Notes under the pieces: generated by a model | The model's database searches: none | Told to the model about the DNA's origin: nothing | Seen by the model: the letters and a program-made list of their open reading frames with translations, nothing else | From: Blastocatellia bacterium | Lineage (GTDB): Bacteria > Acidobacteriota > Blastocatellia > UBA7656 | Reading direction: 5' to 3' | Length of the DNA stretch: 64,000 nt | Assembly: GCA_963804815.1 (NCBI GenBank) | Contig: CAWDRU010000002.1 | Coordinates: forward strand, 4,934,780-4,998,779 | Position numbers and translations under genes: made by a program | Part shown: in pieces, positions 28,957-38,559 of the stretch | Numbering within the stretch: the stretch's first letter is position 1 | Layout of the letters: every line of letters starts with the position of its first letter

Positions 28957-30594
28957 CTAGACGGCGAGGTGTTCGACGCCGGGCAGAAACTGTGGCGCGC
29001 GACGGTGCTTCGTTGCCTGCTCGTAGGCGTAAGCCAGCTTTATCAGCACTGGCTCGCTGTAGGCTCTGCCCGCAAATGACAGGCCGACAGGCAGACCGGA
29101 AACATAGCCCGCCGGAACCGTGATGTGCGGATAGCCCGCTACTGCGCTCGCGGTCGAAAACCCGCCCGTGAAATGGTCGCCGTTAATCAGATCGGTCTTC
29201 CACGGCGGCCCGCCCGTAGGCGCAATCAGCGCATCGAGCCTGTGTTTTAGCATCACGGCATCAATGCCCTCGGTCCTTGAAAGCCGCAGGTTCTTTGCGA
29301 GCGCCTTTCGATATTCGGGGCTTGTGAGCGGCCCTTTGGCTTCGGCCCGAATCATGACTTCCTGTCCGAAGTAAGGCATCTCCTTTGCGCGATTCTGCTC
29401 GTTGAACTCGATTATCTCTTTCAGAGAATGGACAGGCGCGCGCGCGCCGAGGCTTGCGAGATAAGCATTCAAGTCTGCTTTGAATTCGTATAACAGCACC
29501 TCGAACTCCGAGTCATCGAACTTCCCTGCCGTTGGAATATCCGCCGGGTCAACGACCACTGCGCCGAGCCGCTTCATCACCTCGATGGACTCGTTCATCA
29601 GTTTGTCTACTCGCTCGCTAAAGCCGAAAGACTTTCTCATGACACCGATTCGCGCGCCTTTCATACCCGCAGGGTCGAGAAACTTTGTATAGTCGGTCAT
29701 CGATTTACCGCGACTCTGGTTCGTCGCAGAGTCGCGCGAATCGATTCCCGTGAGCGCGCCGAGCAACAGCGCGACGTCGGCAACAGATCGAGCCATCGGC
29801 CCTGCCGTGTCCTGGCTGTGAGCTATCGGAATTATGCCCGCGCGGCTGACCAGACCGAGCGTGGGTTTGATTCCGACGAGCGAATTTGATGACGAGGGAC
29901 AGACGATTGAACCATCCGTTTCCGTACCGATTGCTGCGGCGCAGAGATTGGCTGAAACCCCTGCGCCCGATCCGCTGCTTGATCCGCAGGGGTTTCGGTC
30001 CAGTGCGTAAGGGTTCTTTGTCAGCCCGCCGCGACCGCTCCATCCGCTCGTCGAATGACTCGATCTGAAGTTCGCCCATTCGCTCAGGTTCGTTTTGCCA
30101 AGCAGCACCGCTCCCGCCTGGCGAAGTCGCCCGGCTATAAACGCGTCTTTCGACGGAGTCGAACCGGCCAGCGCCAGCGAACCGGCAGTGGTCATCATCC
30201 GGTCGGCAGTATCGATGTTGTCTTTGATAAGTATTGGAATGCCGTGCAGCGGGCCGCGCGGGCCTTTCGCTTTTCGTTCACGGTCAAGCGCGTCGGCTAT
30301 TGACAGAGCATCGGGATTGATCTCGATCACAGAATTGATCGCAGGCCCATGTTTGTCTATCTCGTCAATGCGATCCAGATACATTTCCGTGATCTGCCGC
30401 GCGGTATATTTCCCCGACTTCATCGCTTCCTGCAAAGCAGCGATTGTTGTTTCTTCCAGATCAAATGGTTTCGCTGTTTGAGATGCTGAACTGCGTAAAA
30501 CAGGCGCGACTATAGCCATTGCGCCTGCCTGTAAAAATCGCCTGCGATTTCCTATTGAACCTGCACAGTTGTCTTTATTACTTTTGCCCATCAT
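28957..30594 (-). CDS. Tat-exported amidase (amidase-signature family)
   Basis: GSSSGSGAGVS amidase signature. Twin-arginine leader NRRRFLQAGAMAIVAPV. Start trimmed to MMGKSNKD. Confidence 0.8.
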   Translation of the reverse strand: MMGKSNKDNCAGSIGNRRRFLQAGAMAIVAPVLRSSASQTAKPFDLEETTIAALQEAMKSGKYTARQITEMYLDRIDEIDKHGPAINSVIEINPDALSIADALDRERKAKGPRGPLHGIPILIKDNIDTADRMMTTAGSLALAGSTPSKDAFIAGRLRQAGAVLLGKTNLSEWANFRSSHSTSGWSGRGGLTKNPYALDRNPCGSSSGSGAGVSANLCAAAIGTETDGSIVCPSSSNSLVGIKPTLGLVSRAGIIPIAHSQDTAGPMARSVADVALLLGALTGIDSRDSATNQSRGKSMTDYTKFLDPAGMKGARIGVMRKSFGFSERVDKLMNESIEVMKRLGAVVVDPADIPTAGKFDDSEFEVLLYEFKADLNAYLASLGARAPVHSLKEIIEFNEQNRAKEMPYFGQEVMIRAEAKGPLTSPEYRKALAKNLRLSRTEGIDAVMLKHRLDALIAPTGGPPWKTDLINGDHFTGGFSTASAVAGYPHITVPAGYVSGLPVGLSFAGRAYSEPVLIKLAYAYEQATKHRRAPQFLPGVEHLAV

Positions 30595-30746
30595 CACTCC
30601 CCTGAGAAGCGAATTTTTTGACTGCCTGCCAGAATGCCTTTTGGTATTGCTCAAGAATACCACTTCTGCTGCGTAATAAAAAAATCGCTCGCCGCACAAA
30701 GCGACGAGCGAACTTGAATTTACTTGAGGAAGTTAGTTTGGGTGGT

Positions 30747-33700
30747 TCAGAAATTCAAACGCAGCGCGAACTGAATCTGCCGGTTCGTTCCCAGCCCTAC
30801 GGTCTTTGCGACTGTCGAATTGACGATGCCGAACGTTCCCGCCGCCGCCGAGGTGAAAGCCTCTCCCGGTTGTAGCTGGTTCAATCCGGTTCCGAGCGCA
30901 TTTGGCAGCGTCACCGGAGGATTGGCAAAGTTCGCGCGGTTGAAGATGTTAAAAATCTCTGCGCGGAACTCCAGGTTAGCCGATTCTGTGACTCTGAATC
31001 GCTTCGTCGTTACAAGGTCGAACTGCTTGAAGTCCGGCCCGCGCAGCGCACCTCGTTTGAGATTGCCAAACTCTCCCGGCGCGGGGATAGCAAACGCCGC
31101 TGGGTTGATGAACGCAGTACCGTTGATGTGTATGTAAGGATCAACGCCGGGTATCAGATCGGGTCTTCGCACGTTGCGCGATGCGCCGCCGCCCGGCGTG
31201 TTGATGATCGCAGTGCGCCCTGCGGCTGGCGAGCTGAATATCTTGCCTGCCGCGTCACGATATACGACATCGGGTCGCGTGACGAGCACGCTCAGCGGCA
31301 CGCCGCTCCGCGCGTTGACTATAGTCCCGACTTCCCAGCCGCCCAGAAACATATCGCCAATGCCGTTGAGGTTGTTCATATACGCTCTGCCTCTGCCGAA
31401 CGGCAGCGCATAGAGCGCGCTCAAATTGAAGGTGTGGCGCACGTCGAACTGATTCCAGCCTTCGTCGTAATCGAAGCTGGCGGTCCTTCTTCCTGAGGGC
31501 GTTTCTGATGTTTCGCGCGCCAGATTGCCAGAGGTCAGCGCTTCGTTTGACCCTCCGGTGGTGCCGTAGCTTCTCGCGAACGTGTACTGCGCGTTGAGCG
31601 TCAGCCCCGTGTTGAAACGGCGACCGAGCGCCAGTTGCAGCGCGTTATAACTGTCGCGCCCGCCGCTCGTCTTGAAGTCGATTTCGGCAAACGGTCTCAG
31701 AATCGTGCTTCCCTGCACAATGTCGAACTCGCGAATCACTATCGCGTTGCCTGTCGGATTAGGATTGGTTCTTACTTCCACGATCTGGTTTGTGACGCTG
31801 CGCAAAAAGAGGTTGCGCCCCTGGCTGCCTACGTAAGCCGCTGTCAACACCATTTTGTAGAAAAGCTCCTGCTGCACAGAGAAGCTGTACTGAAAAACGC
31901 GCTCCGGGATGGCATAGTCAGGAGAGTATGCGCGCGGCTGGTACTGGCGATTGTCGGGGTTGTTGATGAAGTTATTTTTCAACAGGTTGGCATCGACCGG
32001 AAACGCGCCGCCGCTGAGGGTAGAAGATATGCGGTCGCTTTCAATCGGCTGAATCTGGTCTTCGGTCTGGCCCGGCCCGTAATATAGGCCAAAGCCTCCG
32101 CGAATAACTGTTCGACCGCCGCCGAAAAATCCCGACCCCATAGGGCTGGGCGACCATGTGGCCGCGACGCGCGGGCCGAAGTTGGATTTGTGAGATCCAA
32201 AGAACTCCTGCTTCGGATCGAGCAGCACGCCTCTTGTTATATCGAACTGCACGTTCAGGTCGTTCGCCTCGCGAAGCGGCGTGTAGTATTCGTATCGAAG
32301 CCCGTAGTTGAGCGTGAAATTCGGTTTGATCTTCCACTCGTCCTGCGCAAAGCCTATGTAGTATTCCTGTTCGGCCTTGCGATTGCCGACCGCTCCATTG
32401 TTGAACGGGCTGGGCTCGCTGAGGTCGCCGCTGAACTGTACCTGCTGCACTCTATTGGCGAGAAATTCCGTGATGTTCGAGTAGGTGTAGGTGATGCCGC
32501 CGAGCCTGTCCGTGTACATGCGGATCAAGCGCGCTTCGACTCCGAACTTTGCGTTGTGGCTCCCCTTCACCCACGACAGGTTATCAACGAAAGAGAGCGA
32601 GTAAGGCGTATACGGGAATCCGCGACCGTTGAACGCGCTGCTGCCGCGTATCAATCCGCCCGGTATGGCGATGCCTGAGCTTCCGCCCTGACCCGCGATG
32701 CCTGCGTTTGCGACAGCGCCTGAGATGTTGATTATGGCGTTCGACAGATCTATGCCGTTGACTACGGGCGCGATGCCGTTGACGCGCGACAGCGCTTCGT
32801 TGAAACCGAACTTGGCTTCGTTGATCGTGTTCGACGACAAGGCTCCCTGCAAAGAGAGCACCCCGTTTTGAGGGACGGAGGTGACGACGAGGCGGCGACC
32901 CGTGACGCCCTGCGGCTCATCGTTTTCGCCCTGATCGCGGAAGTAGCGCGCGTACATGGACCACCGCGAATTGAAGCGATAATCAAAGCGAAGCGCCACA
33001 GAGTTTTCATTCACCTTCTGGCTGGAATTGAGTTGCGCCAGTTCAAAATCGGGGCTTGCCGAACGGCCCGGCAGTATGACAGCGCCGGGGGCGAGAAATG
33101 TATCAACCACCGGTCTTATAGAAGCCACGGCCCGCGCGGCTGCCGCCGCCGACGGCACGGCTTCGAGAAAGTTGATGCCAGAACGCAAACGGTATCCTTC
33201 ATAGCTTCCAAAGAAGAACAATTTATCCTTGATAATGGGGCCGCCGATTGAGCCGCCAAACTGGTTGAGGCGCAGCGGCGACTTCATTGCGCCGTCGAAA
33301 AAGTTGCGCGCATCCAGAACATCATTGCGCAAAAACTCGAACAGCGAGCCGTGAAACCGGTTCCCGCCCGAACGGGTTACGACGCTGATCTGCCCGCCTG
33401 TTCCCGTGCCGTATTCTGCCGGGTAGCTGTTGGATTCGACGCGGAATTCCTGAACGTTTTCGAGGCTGGATTGAAGACGAAACGGAGACGGCAACTCGCC
33501 GTTGACGTTGCCGGGCGATGCGTCGATGATGGCCGACCCTTCGATGCCATCGTAGCGAATGGCGTTCTGCTCTACTGCGCGACCGCTGAAGCGGATGTCG
33601 CCGAAAGTGCCCGATCCGCTGTTTTGCGAGCCGGGCGCTTGCAGGTAGAGTTGCGAAAGCTGGCGGCCATTGATCGGAAGCCCGACCACTTCGCGCTCGC

Positions 33701-34136
33701 TGACGTTTGCGCCGATGCGCGCAGAGCTTGTATCGATTGCGGCTTCCTGTGTCCCGACGATTGTTATGCTCTCGGAAGTGCCTGATGGCTTAAGCTCGAT
33801 GTCGAGCGTAAGCTCCTGACCTACGGACAACTGAACATTGGTGAATTCAGCATTGCTGAACCCCTGCGCCTTACAGTTTATCGTGTAAAAAGATGGCTTC
33901 AGCGCTGTGACCAGGTATTGGCCCTGCTCCGTCGCATTGACTGCGCGCTCTTCGCCCGTGCGCTCGTTTTTTATGGTGATGCCTGCGCCGGGCACCACCG
34001 CATTAGACTGATCGCGGACTGTGCCGACGATGCGGCCCTGATCGGTTTGAGCCAGCGCGACAGCTTGAATGAACAGCTGCGCGAAGAGTGTGAGGGCGAG
34101 CATCAAGCTCACTGAAGTACTCTTTTTTCCTGCCAT
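30747..34136 (-). CDS. TonB-dependent receptor with N-terminal carboxypeptidase-regulatory-like domain
   Basis: 1129 aa. Signal peptide. GRIVGTVRDQSNAVVPGAGITIKN (CarbopepD_reg). C-terminal ...QIQFALRLNF barrel terminus. AGGAGG RBS. Confidence 0.8.
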   Translation of the reverse strand: MAGKKSTSVSLMLALTLFAQLFIQAVALAQTDQGRIVGTVRDQSNAVVPGAGITIKNERTGEERAVNATEQGQYLVTALKPSFYTINCKAQGFSNAEFTNVQLSVGQELTLDIELKPSGTSESITIVGTQEAAIDTSSARIGANVSEREVVGLPINGRQLSQLYLQAPGSQNSGSGTFGDIRFSGRAVEQNAIRYDGIEGSAIIDASPGNVNGELPSPFRLQSSLENVQEFRVESNSYPAEYGTGTGGQISVVTRSGGNRFHGSLFEFLRNDVLDARNFFDGAMKSPLRLNQFGGSIGGPIIKDKLFFFGSYEGYRLRSGINFLEAVPSAAAAARAVASIRPVVDTFLAPGAVILPGRSASPDFELAQLNSSQKVNENSVALRFDYRFNSRWSMYARYFRDQGENDEPQGVTGRRLVVTSVPQNGVLSLQGALSSNTINEAKFGFNEALSRVNGIAPVVNGIDLSNAIINISGAVANAGIAGQGGSSGIAIPGGLIRGSSAFNGRGFPYTPYSLSFVDNLSWVKGSHNAKFGVEARLIRMYTDRLGGITYTYSNITEFLANRVQQVQFSGDLSEPSPFNNGAVGNRKAEQEYYIGFAQDEWKIKPNFTLNYGLRYEYYTPLREANDLNVQFDITRGVLLDPKQEFFGSHKSNFGPRVAATWSPSPMGSGFFGGGRTVIRGGFGLYYGPGQTEDQIQPIESDRISSTLSGGAFPVDANLLKNNFINNPDNRQYQPRAYSPDYAIPERVFQYSFSVQQELFYKMVLTAAYVGSQGRNLFLRSVTNQIVEVRTNPNPTGNAIVIREFDIVQGSTILRPFAEIDFKTSGGRDSYNALQLALGRRFNTGLTLNAQYTFARSYGTTGGSNEALTSGNLARETSETPSGRRTASFDYDEGWNQFDVRHTFNLSALYALPFGRGRAYMNNLNGIGDMFLGGWEVGTIVNARSGVPLSVLVTRPDVVYRDAAGKIFSSPAAGRTAIINTPGGGASRNVRRPDLIPGVDPYIHINGTAFINPAAFAIPAPGEFGNLKRGALRGPDFKQFDLVTTKRFRVTESANLEFRAEIFNIFNRANFANPPVTLPNALGTGLNQLQPGEAFTSAAAGTFGIVNSTVAKTVGLGTNRQIQFALRLNF

Positions 34137-34270
34137 AAATGCCTCCTGTTGTTGTTTGCGGAATGTAGTTGTTTATCTCTTCAAGTGGTAAGACATAGTG
34201 ATGCAAGCGCGGAGTCTAGCAAGCTGCGGTTAAACGATTATGAAGCCAAAATTAAATCTTTGTTACAGGT

Positions 34271-34509
34271 AACGTGAATTCGACATAAGAATCAGCCCTG
34301 AAAGGGCGAAATTCAATAGCACAGGGCATCGCCCTGTGTTGCGCATCAAGAGCAACTACAAGCCCTGTAAGGGCGAAATAAACCAAGTGATTTATTTCGC
34401 CCTTACAGGGCTTGTGAGGTGGTGGCAATCATACCCGGCGCGATGCGCCGGGCTATTGAACTTCGCCCTTTCAGGGCTTTTACTTCGATTATTATGTCGA
34501 ACTCGCGTT
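34271..34509 (+). mobile_element. MITE-like structured repeat, family A copy 2 (full length about 239 bp)
   Basis: Same TIRs as copy 1. Flanked by ACAGGT direct duplication. Its internal hairpin is cccggcgc-gat-gcgccggg instead of ccgtgggt-ttc-acccacgg. Confidence 0.7.
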
Positions 34510-34615
34510 ACAGGTAGAGTTCAAATGTATTTAAGGTTTGATTAACAAACAGATAACCCTGTGACATTAAGCTTGCATCGGACAGGAAACCTTATGTGCA
34601 AAGTGCGAGCAAGCA

Positions 34616-34852
34616 ATGTCAAAGAGCCTGGAAGAATATGCAGTGGAGTTAGAGCGCAAGGCCCGGGAGAAAGCCCACGTCATCAGGCGTGTGGTCAAAG
34701 AATACAATGCGTGTCTTCAAGGCACGACCAGCGGTGATGCATATCAAATTCCCCGCAAGCAGCGCGAAATCGAGCGCGTGGTCGCCCAATACATTCAACT
34801 TTATAAGGCGCTCAAACGGTTGCGAAAAAAGATGCGCGCCAAGCGGGAGTAA
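34616..34852 (+). CDS. small hypothetical coiled-coil protein
   Basis: ORF only. Lys/Arg/Glu-rich. Confidence 0.35.
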   Translation: MSKSLEEYAVELERKAREKAHVIRRVVKEYNACLQGTTSGDAYQIPRKQREIERVVAQYIQLYKALKRLRKKMRAKRE

Positions 34853-34881
34853 TAGTTTAAAGATTTGTCAGGAGGCAGGAA

Positions 34882-35277
34882 ATGACAGACAAGAGATCAG
34901 CATATGATCGATGCGTAGCAGAGCTTGAAATGGCTCAGATGATGTTAAACCAGATAGCCAGCAAACAGGACGCTCCGGCTGAAGATATTCACAAAGCGGC
35001 AGTCGAAGCCAAGAAACTCGAAATCCAACTGGCCGCAACTAAACTTGCGCAGGCCGATTATCACCTCGACGCTCTGAAAGCGCGGCTCGACTTTCTGAGT
35101 GCCCGTGTGGCTGCCGCAGGCGGCCCGTCGAAAAGAGAGCAGGCGGAACTTGAGTGGGCGCGCACGGCAGTGCCCATTAACAGTTCAACCGTCGCGAGGC
35201 TTGCAAACGAGCTTGAAGAACGCAAACAGGAACTGGTAGAGATGATCAGCTTCGCTTCCAAAGACGCGGCGGCCTGA
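34882..35277 (+). CDS. hypothetical coiled-coil protein
   Basis: ORF with a plausible GGAGG-like RBS (caggaggcaggaaATG). Followed by a strong terminator. Confidence 0.4.
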   Translation: MTDKRSAYDRCVAELEMAQMMLNQIASKQDAPAEDIHKAAVEAKKLEIQLAATKLAQADYHLDALKARLDFLSARVAAAGGPSKREQAELEWARTAVPINSSTVARLANELEERKQELVEMISFASKDAAA

Positions 35278-35310
35278 ACGCTCCGGTCGCTTTATAGAAT
35301 CATCTATTTT

Positions 35311-35351
35311 GACCCTGAAAGAGTCGCTCTTTCAGGGTCACACGTTTTTTT
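35311..35351 (+). terminator. rho-independent terminator
   Basis: gaccctgaaagag tcgc tctttcagggtc followed by ACACGTTTTTTT. Confidence 0.65.
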
Positions 35352-35933
35352 AGGCGGCGATGCTCACGATTGCCTGCGCATAGTGTTACATTAAAACTCA
35401 CCCTGAACAGATCACCAGTTCAAAAAAGAATAAGCGCGGCGTAACAGAGGTTGGGTGGGTTCTGTTGCGCCGCGCACAGGGAATCAATCCGACCGCGCGC
35501 TCTTTGTTCGCCAGAGGTGTGACGCGCGGTATCAGGTCTACCGATTTCGGAAAGAAGATGTTCGTAGATTAACCCGGCCTCGTTAGATAACAATTACGCA
35601 ATTGTTAAATAATCGTATCATCTGCATCCGATTTTATGGTTACTTCGGGGCATTAAATGAAGAATTTTTGTATTTCCGAAGCGAGTTTACACTCTGTTAT
35701 TGTGAATGGCTAAAAAGATATCGAAGCAGAGAGCTTATCAGTTAAGACATAAAAAGGCGGGTCTGTGCGCCCGCTGCTCAGAGGCGGCTGTAAACGGGAC
35801 TCACTGCGAGAAACACAGGGAGATGATTAATCGCATTTCCCGTGAAAGCATGAGGCGTCGCAAAGATTCCAAGCCTCAGGCCTGAGACTAGATACTTCTT
35901 TTCCCGCCCCTCGAAGCGATATTTATCGCGCTA

Positions 35934-36371
35934 TTAATTCTCTTTAAGCGCCCGCCTGCTTTTCTGCTCTACCCACGCGCCTGTTGCCGCGAATTTTTCG
36001 ATCAGCTTGTGATAATCCGAACGGTAAAGCAGCTTGATATTTACTTCCGGGTAATGCTGGCGCAGCAATCGTACTTTGCGATTCTTGGCCGTTACGAGCT
36101 TCTGTTTCAGCGTAGTCAATTCGATATAAATGTCGTGCTGAGGCAGATAGAAATCAGGCGTGAAGCCGTTGACGAAATTGCCTTCATCATCCCATTCGAT
36201 GGCAAAGGTGCGCGGCTCGTAATGCCAGGCTATCTGGTAAAAGTCGAGTATGCGCGCAAACTCTTCTTCGGATGGATGAGCGAACTCCACATGCCGCCGC
36301 TCGGCAAAGTGAACAGAGGTCTTATGCGGGCTGAGATTGCCAATCGGTTCTTCAAAATAAGATGTGGTCAT
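35934..36371 (-). CDS. hypothetical protein (possible PD-(D/E)xK-like nuclease fold?)
   Basis: ORF. GFTPDFYLPQHDIYIELTTLKQK loosely resembles a D...E.K nuclease core. Weak. Confidence 0.35.
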   Translation of the reverse strand: MTTSYFEEPIGNLSPHKTSVHFAERRHVEFAHPSEEEFARILDFYQIAWHYEPRTFAIEWDDEGNFVNGFTPDFYLPQHDIYIELTTLKQKLVTAKNRKVRLLRQHYPEVNIKLLYRSDYHKLIEKFAATGAWVEQKSRRALKEN

Positions 36372-36504
36372 ATAACGCTCCTTGTCCTGCTGGCGCGCAA
36401 CTTACGATCAGGGGGAAAGCGTCACGCGCTTCAAGAGGTTTAACCGAGTGATTAGACAGCATAAAGCCTGAAAGTTAGATGGCTATGTCCTTACTTTTAA
36501 TTTT

Positions 36505-36744
36505 AACGCGAGTTCGACATAATGATCGAAGTAAAAGCCCTGAAAGGGCGAAATTCAATAGCCGTGGGTGAAACCCACGGTATGCAACGCCACTACCACA
36601 CAAGCCCTGTAAGGGCGAAATAAACCAAGTGATTTATTTCGCCCTTACAGGGCTTGTAGTTTATCTTGATGCGCAACACAGGGCGATGCCCTGTGCTATT
36701 GAATTTCGCCCTTTCAGGGCTGATTATTATGTCGAATTCACGTT
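36505..36744 (-). mobile_element. MITE-like structured repeat, family A copy 3 (inverted orientation)
   Basis: Reverse complement matches copies 1 and 2 end to end. Flanked by AATTTT direct duplication. Confidence 0.7.
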
Positions 36745-36827
36745 AATTTTATGTAAAATCCTCATCGTTGCTTATGCTCGCCACTTTACTTTGGCGTGGA
36801 GTACACTCGCTTTCAACGGAGGGACAG

Positions 36828-37571
36828 ATGAACTGGGGTGACCTTTTAAAACTCAGCGGAATCGTAATCGTGATTGTGGGATTTGCGCTCAAGCTGCGCA
36901 CGACTCTCGTGGTCGTAACGGCTGCGCTTGTGACAGGGCTTGTGGCAGGGCTGCCGCTTTTTTCAAGCGACCTTCCCGCTCTGACCAGCCCCGAACAGGA
37001 AGGCATCATCAACATGCTTGGTCGCGCATTTTCAGACAATCGCCTGATGACGCTTTTCATCATCACGCTTCCGGCAATCGGGCTGGCCGAGCGATTCGGA
37101 TTGCAGGAGCAGTCAGCCTCGCTCATCCGCCGCATCAGCGCGGCAACCGTGGGCCGTTTGCAGATCGTCTATCAACTGCTCCGCGTGCTGATGGGCATAA
37201 TCGGCCTCAGGCTCAACGGCCACGCGGCATTCGTGCGCCCGCTGATATTTCCAATGTCCGTAGGCGCAGCCGAAGCGCAGACCTGCGCCCATAGCGCAGA
37301 CGAATTGCCCACGGAATCGGTCGAGCGAATCAAGGCCGCGAACTCCGCGAGCGAAAATTACGGTAACTTCTACGGCCAGAACCTCTCGCCCGTTCAATCG
37401 GGCATACTTCTGGTATACAGCACGTTGAAAGGGCTGGGCTATGAAGTCAGCGTTAAAAGCCTTGTGCTGTTTGCCATCCCCATCGCTTCCATCTCAATCG
37501 TTCTTGCGATCATTCAATTCCTGTTATTTGACCGGATGTTCAGAAAAAAGGCGGCGAAAAATGAACTCTAG
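36828..37571 (+). CDS. polytopic membrane protein (DUF969-like)
   Basis: Start [21 protein letters not shown] after GGAGGG. Multiple TM helices. Confidence 0.45.
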   Translation: MNWGDLLKLSGIVIVIVGFALKLRTTLVVVTAALVTGLVAGLPLFSSDLPALTSPEQEGIINMLGRAFSDNRLMTLFIITLPAIGLAERFGLQEQSASLIRRISAATVGRLQIVYQLLRVLMGIIGLRLNGHAAFVRPLIFPMSVGAAEAQTCAHSADELPTESVERIKAANSASENYGNFYGQNLSPVQSGILLVYSTLKGLGYEVSVKSLVLFAIPIASISIVLAIIQFLLFDRMFRKKAAKNEL

Positions 37572-38544
37572 CGCAATGGTTTTTCTCTTTGCCATAACGG
37601 ACAGGCTCTCCATGCTCGATTCTGTATACGCGCTGACGGGTATAGTGCTCTTCGTTTTCGCCTGCCGGACGTGGGCCGACCACAGCAACCCGCGAAGAAG
37701 AACGAGCGCCGCGTTCTGGCTGATACTCAGCATAGTCTTCGCGTTCGGAAGCCTCCTGCCGCACTGGCTTACAGGAGTGCTCATTCTGGCGATGGTCGCG
37801 CTTGACGGAGCGGGCCGCGTCGCTCGCGGAAGCTATGACGAAGCAACCACAGCAGAGCAGATAGAGCATGCCCGCCGTCTGGGCGATAAAATATTTCTGC
37901 CCGTGCTGGTGATTCCCGTCGTGACTTTCGGCTTCGCGTTCGCGTTCGGCAAGCTTGGCCTTGACGTGACCAGAGGCGCGCTCGTAGGTCTGGGCTTCGG
38001 CGGTGTAGCGGCCATGGCGGTCGGCTTATGGCTGACGGGCGGCACTCTTCGTCGGATGATGAACGAAGGCCGCCGCCTCAACGACGCTATCGGAACGGTC
38101 AGCATTCTGCCTCAACTGCTCGCCTCGCTCGGTATCATCTTTACAGCGGCTCATGTCGGCGACCTGATTGCGAAAGGCATTTATCAGGTCATACCGGCTG
38201 ACAACCTTTTTCTGCTTGTGCTGGCGAACTGTTTAGGGATGGCGTTGTTCACAATCGTGATGGGGAATTCTTTCGCGGCCTTTCCGGTCATCGCCGCGGG
38301 CGTGCTCGTACCGCTGATAATCAAACCGTTCGGCGTCGATCCCGCGATGGTCGGTATCATCACGCTGACAGCCGGGTCGAGCGGAACACTGATAACGCCG
38401 ATGGCCGCGAACTTCAACATAGTGCCGACTGCGCTTTTGAACATGCGCGATCAATACGGGGTGATAAAATTCCAACTGCCGTTCGCCATAACCATCTGGT
38501 CGCTGCACGTTTTTTTGATGTGGCTGATGATAAAGCTGTTGTAA
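37561..38544 (+). CDS. polytopic membrane protein (DUF979-like)
   Basis: Start [12 protein letters not shown] overlaps the upstream stop by 11 nt, suggesting translational coupling. Multiple TM helices. Confidence 0.45.
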   Translation: MNSSAMVFLFAITDRLSMLDSVYALTGIVLFVFACRTWADHSNPRRRTSAAFWLILSIVFAFGSLLPHWLTGVLILAMVALDGAGRVARGSYDEATTAEQIEHARRLGDKIFLPVLVIPVVTFGFAFAFGKLGLDVTRGALVGLGFGGVAAMAVGLWLTGGTLRRMMNEGRRLNDAIGTVSILPQLLASLGIIFTAAHVGDLIAKGIYQVIPADNLFLLVLANCLGMALFTIVMGNSFAAFPVIAAGVLVPLIIKPFGVDPAMVGIITLTAGSSGTLITPMAANFNIVPTALLNMRDQYGVIKFQLPFAITIWSLHVFLMWLMIKLL

Positions 38545-38559
38545 GCGGGCAGGCGCTCG

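Noticed and set aside
35280-35933. tmRNA, RNase P or SRP RNA in the ORF-free stretch
   Set aside because: I could not find the tag-peptide reading frame, the P4 helix consensus or the SRP domain IV motif by eye. It is left as an unclassified candidate ncRNA region rather than called.
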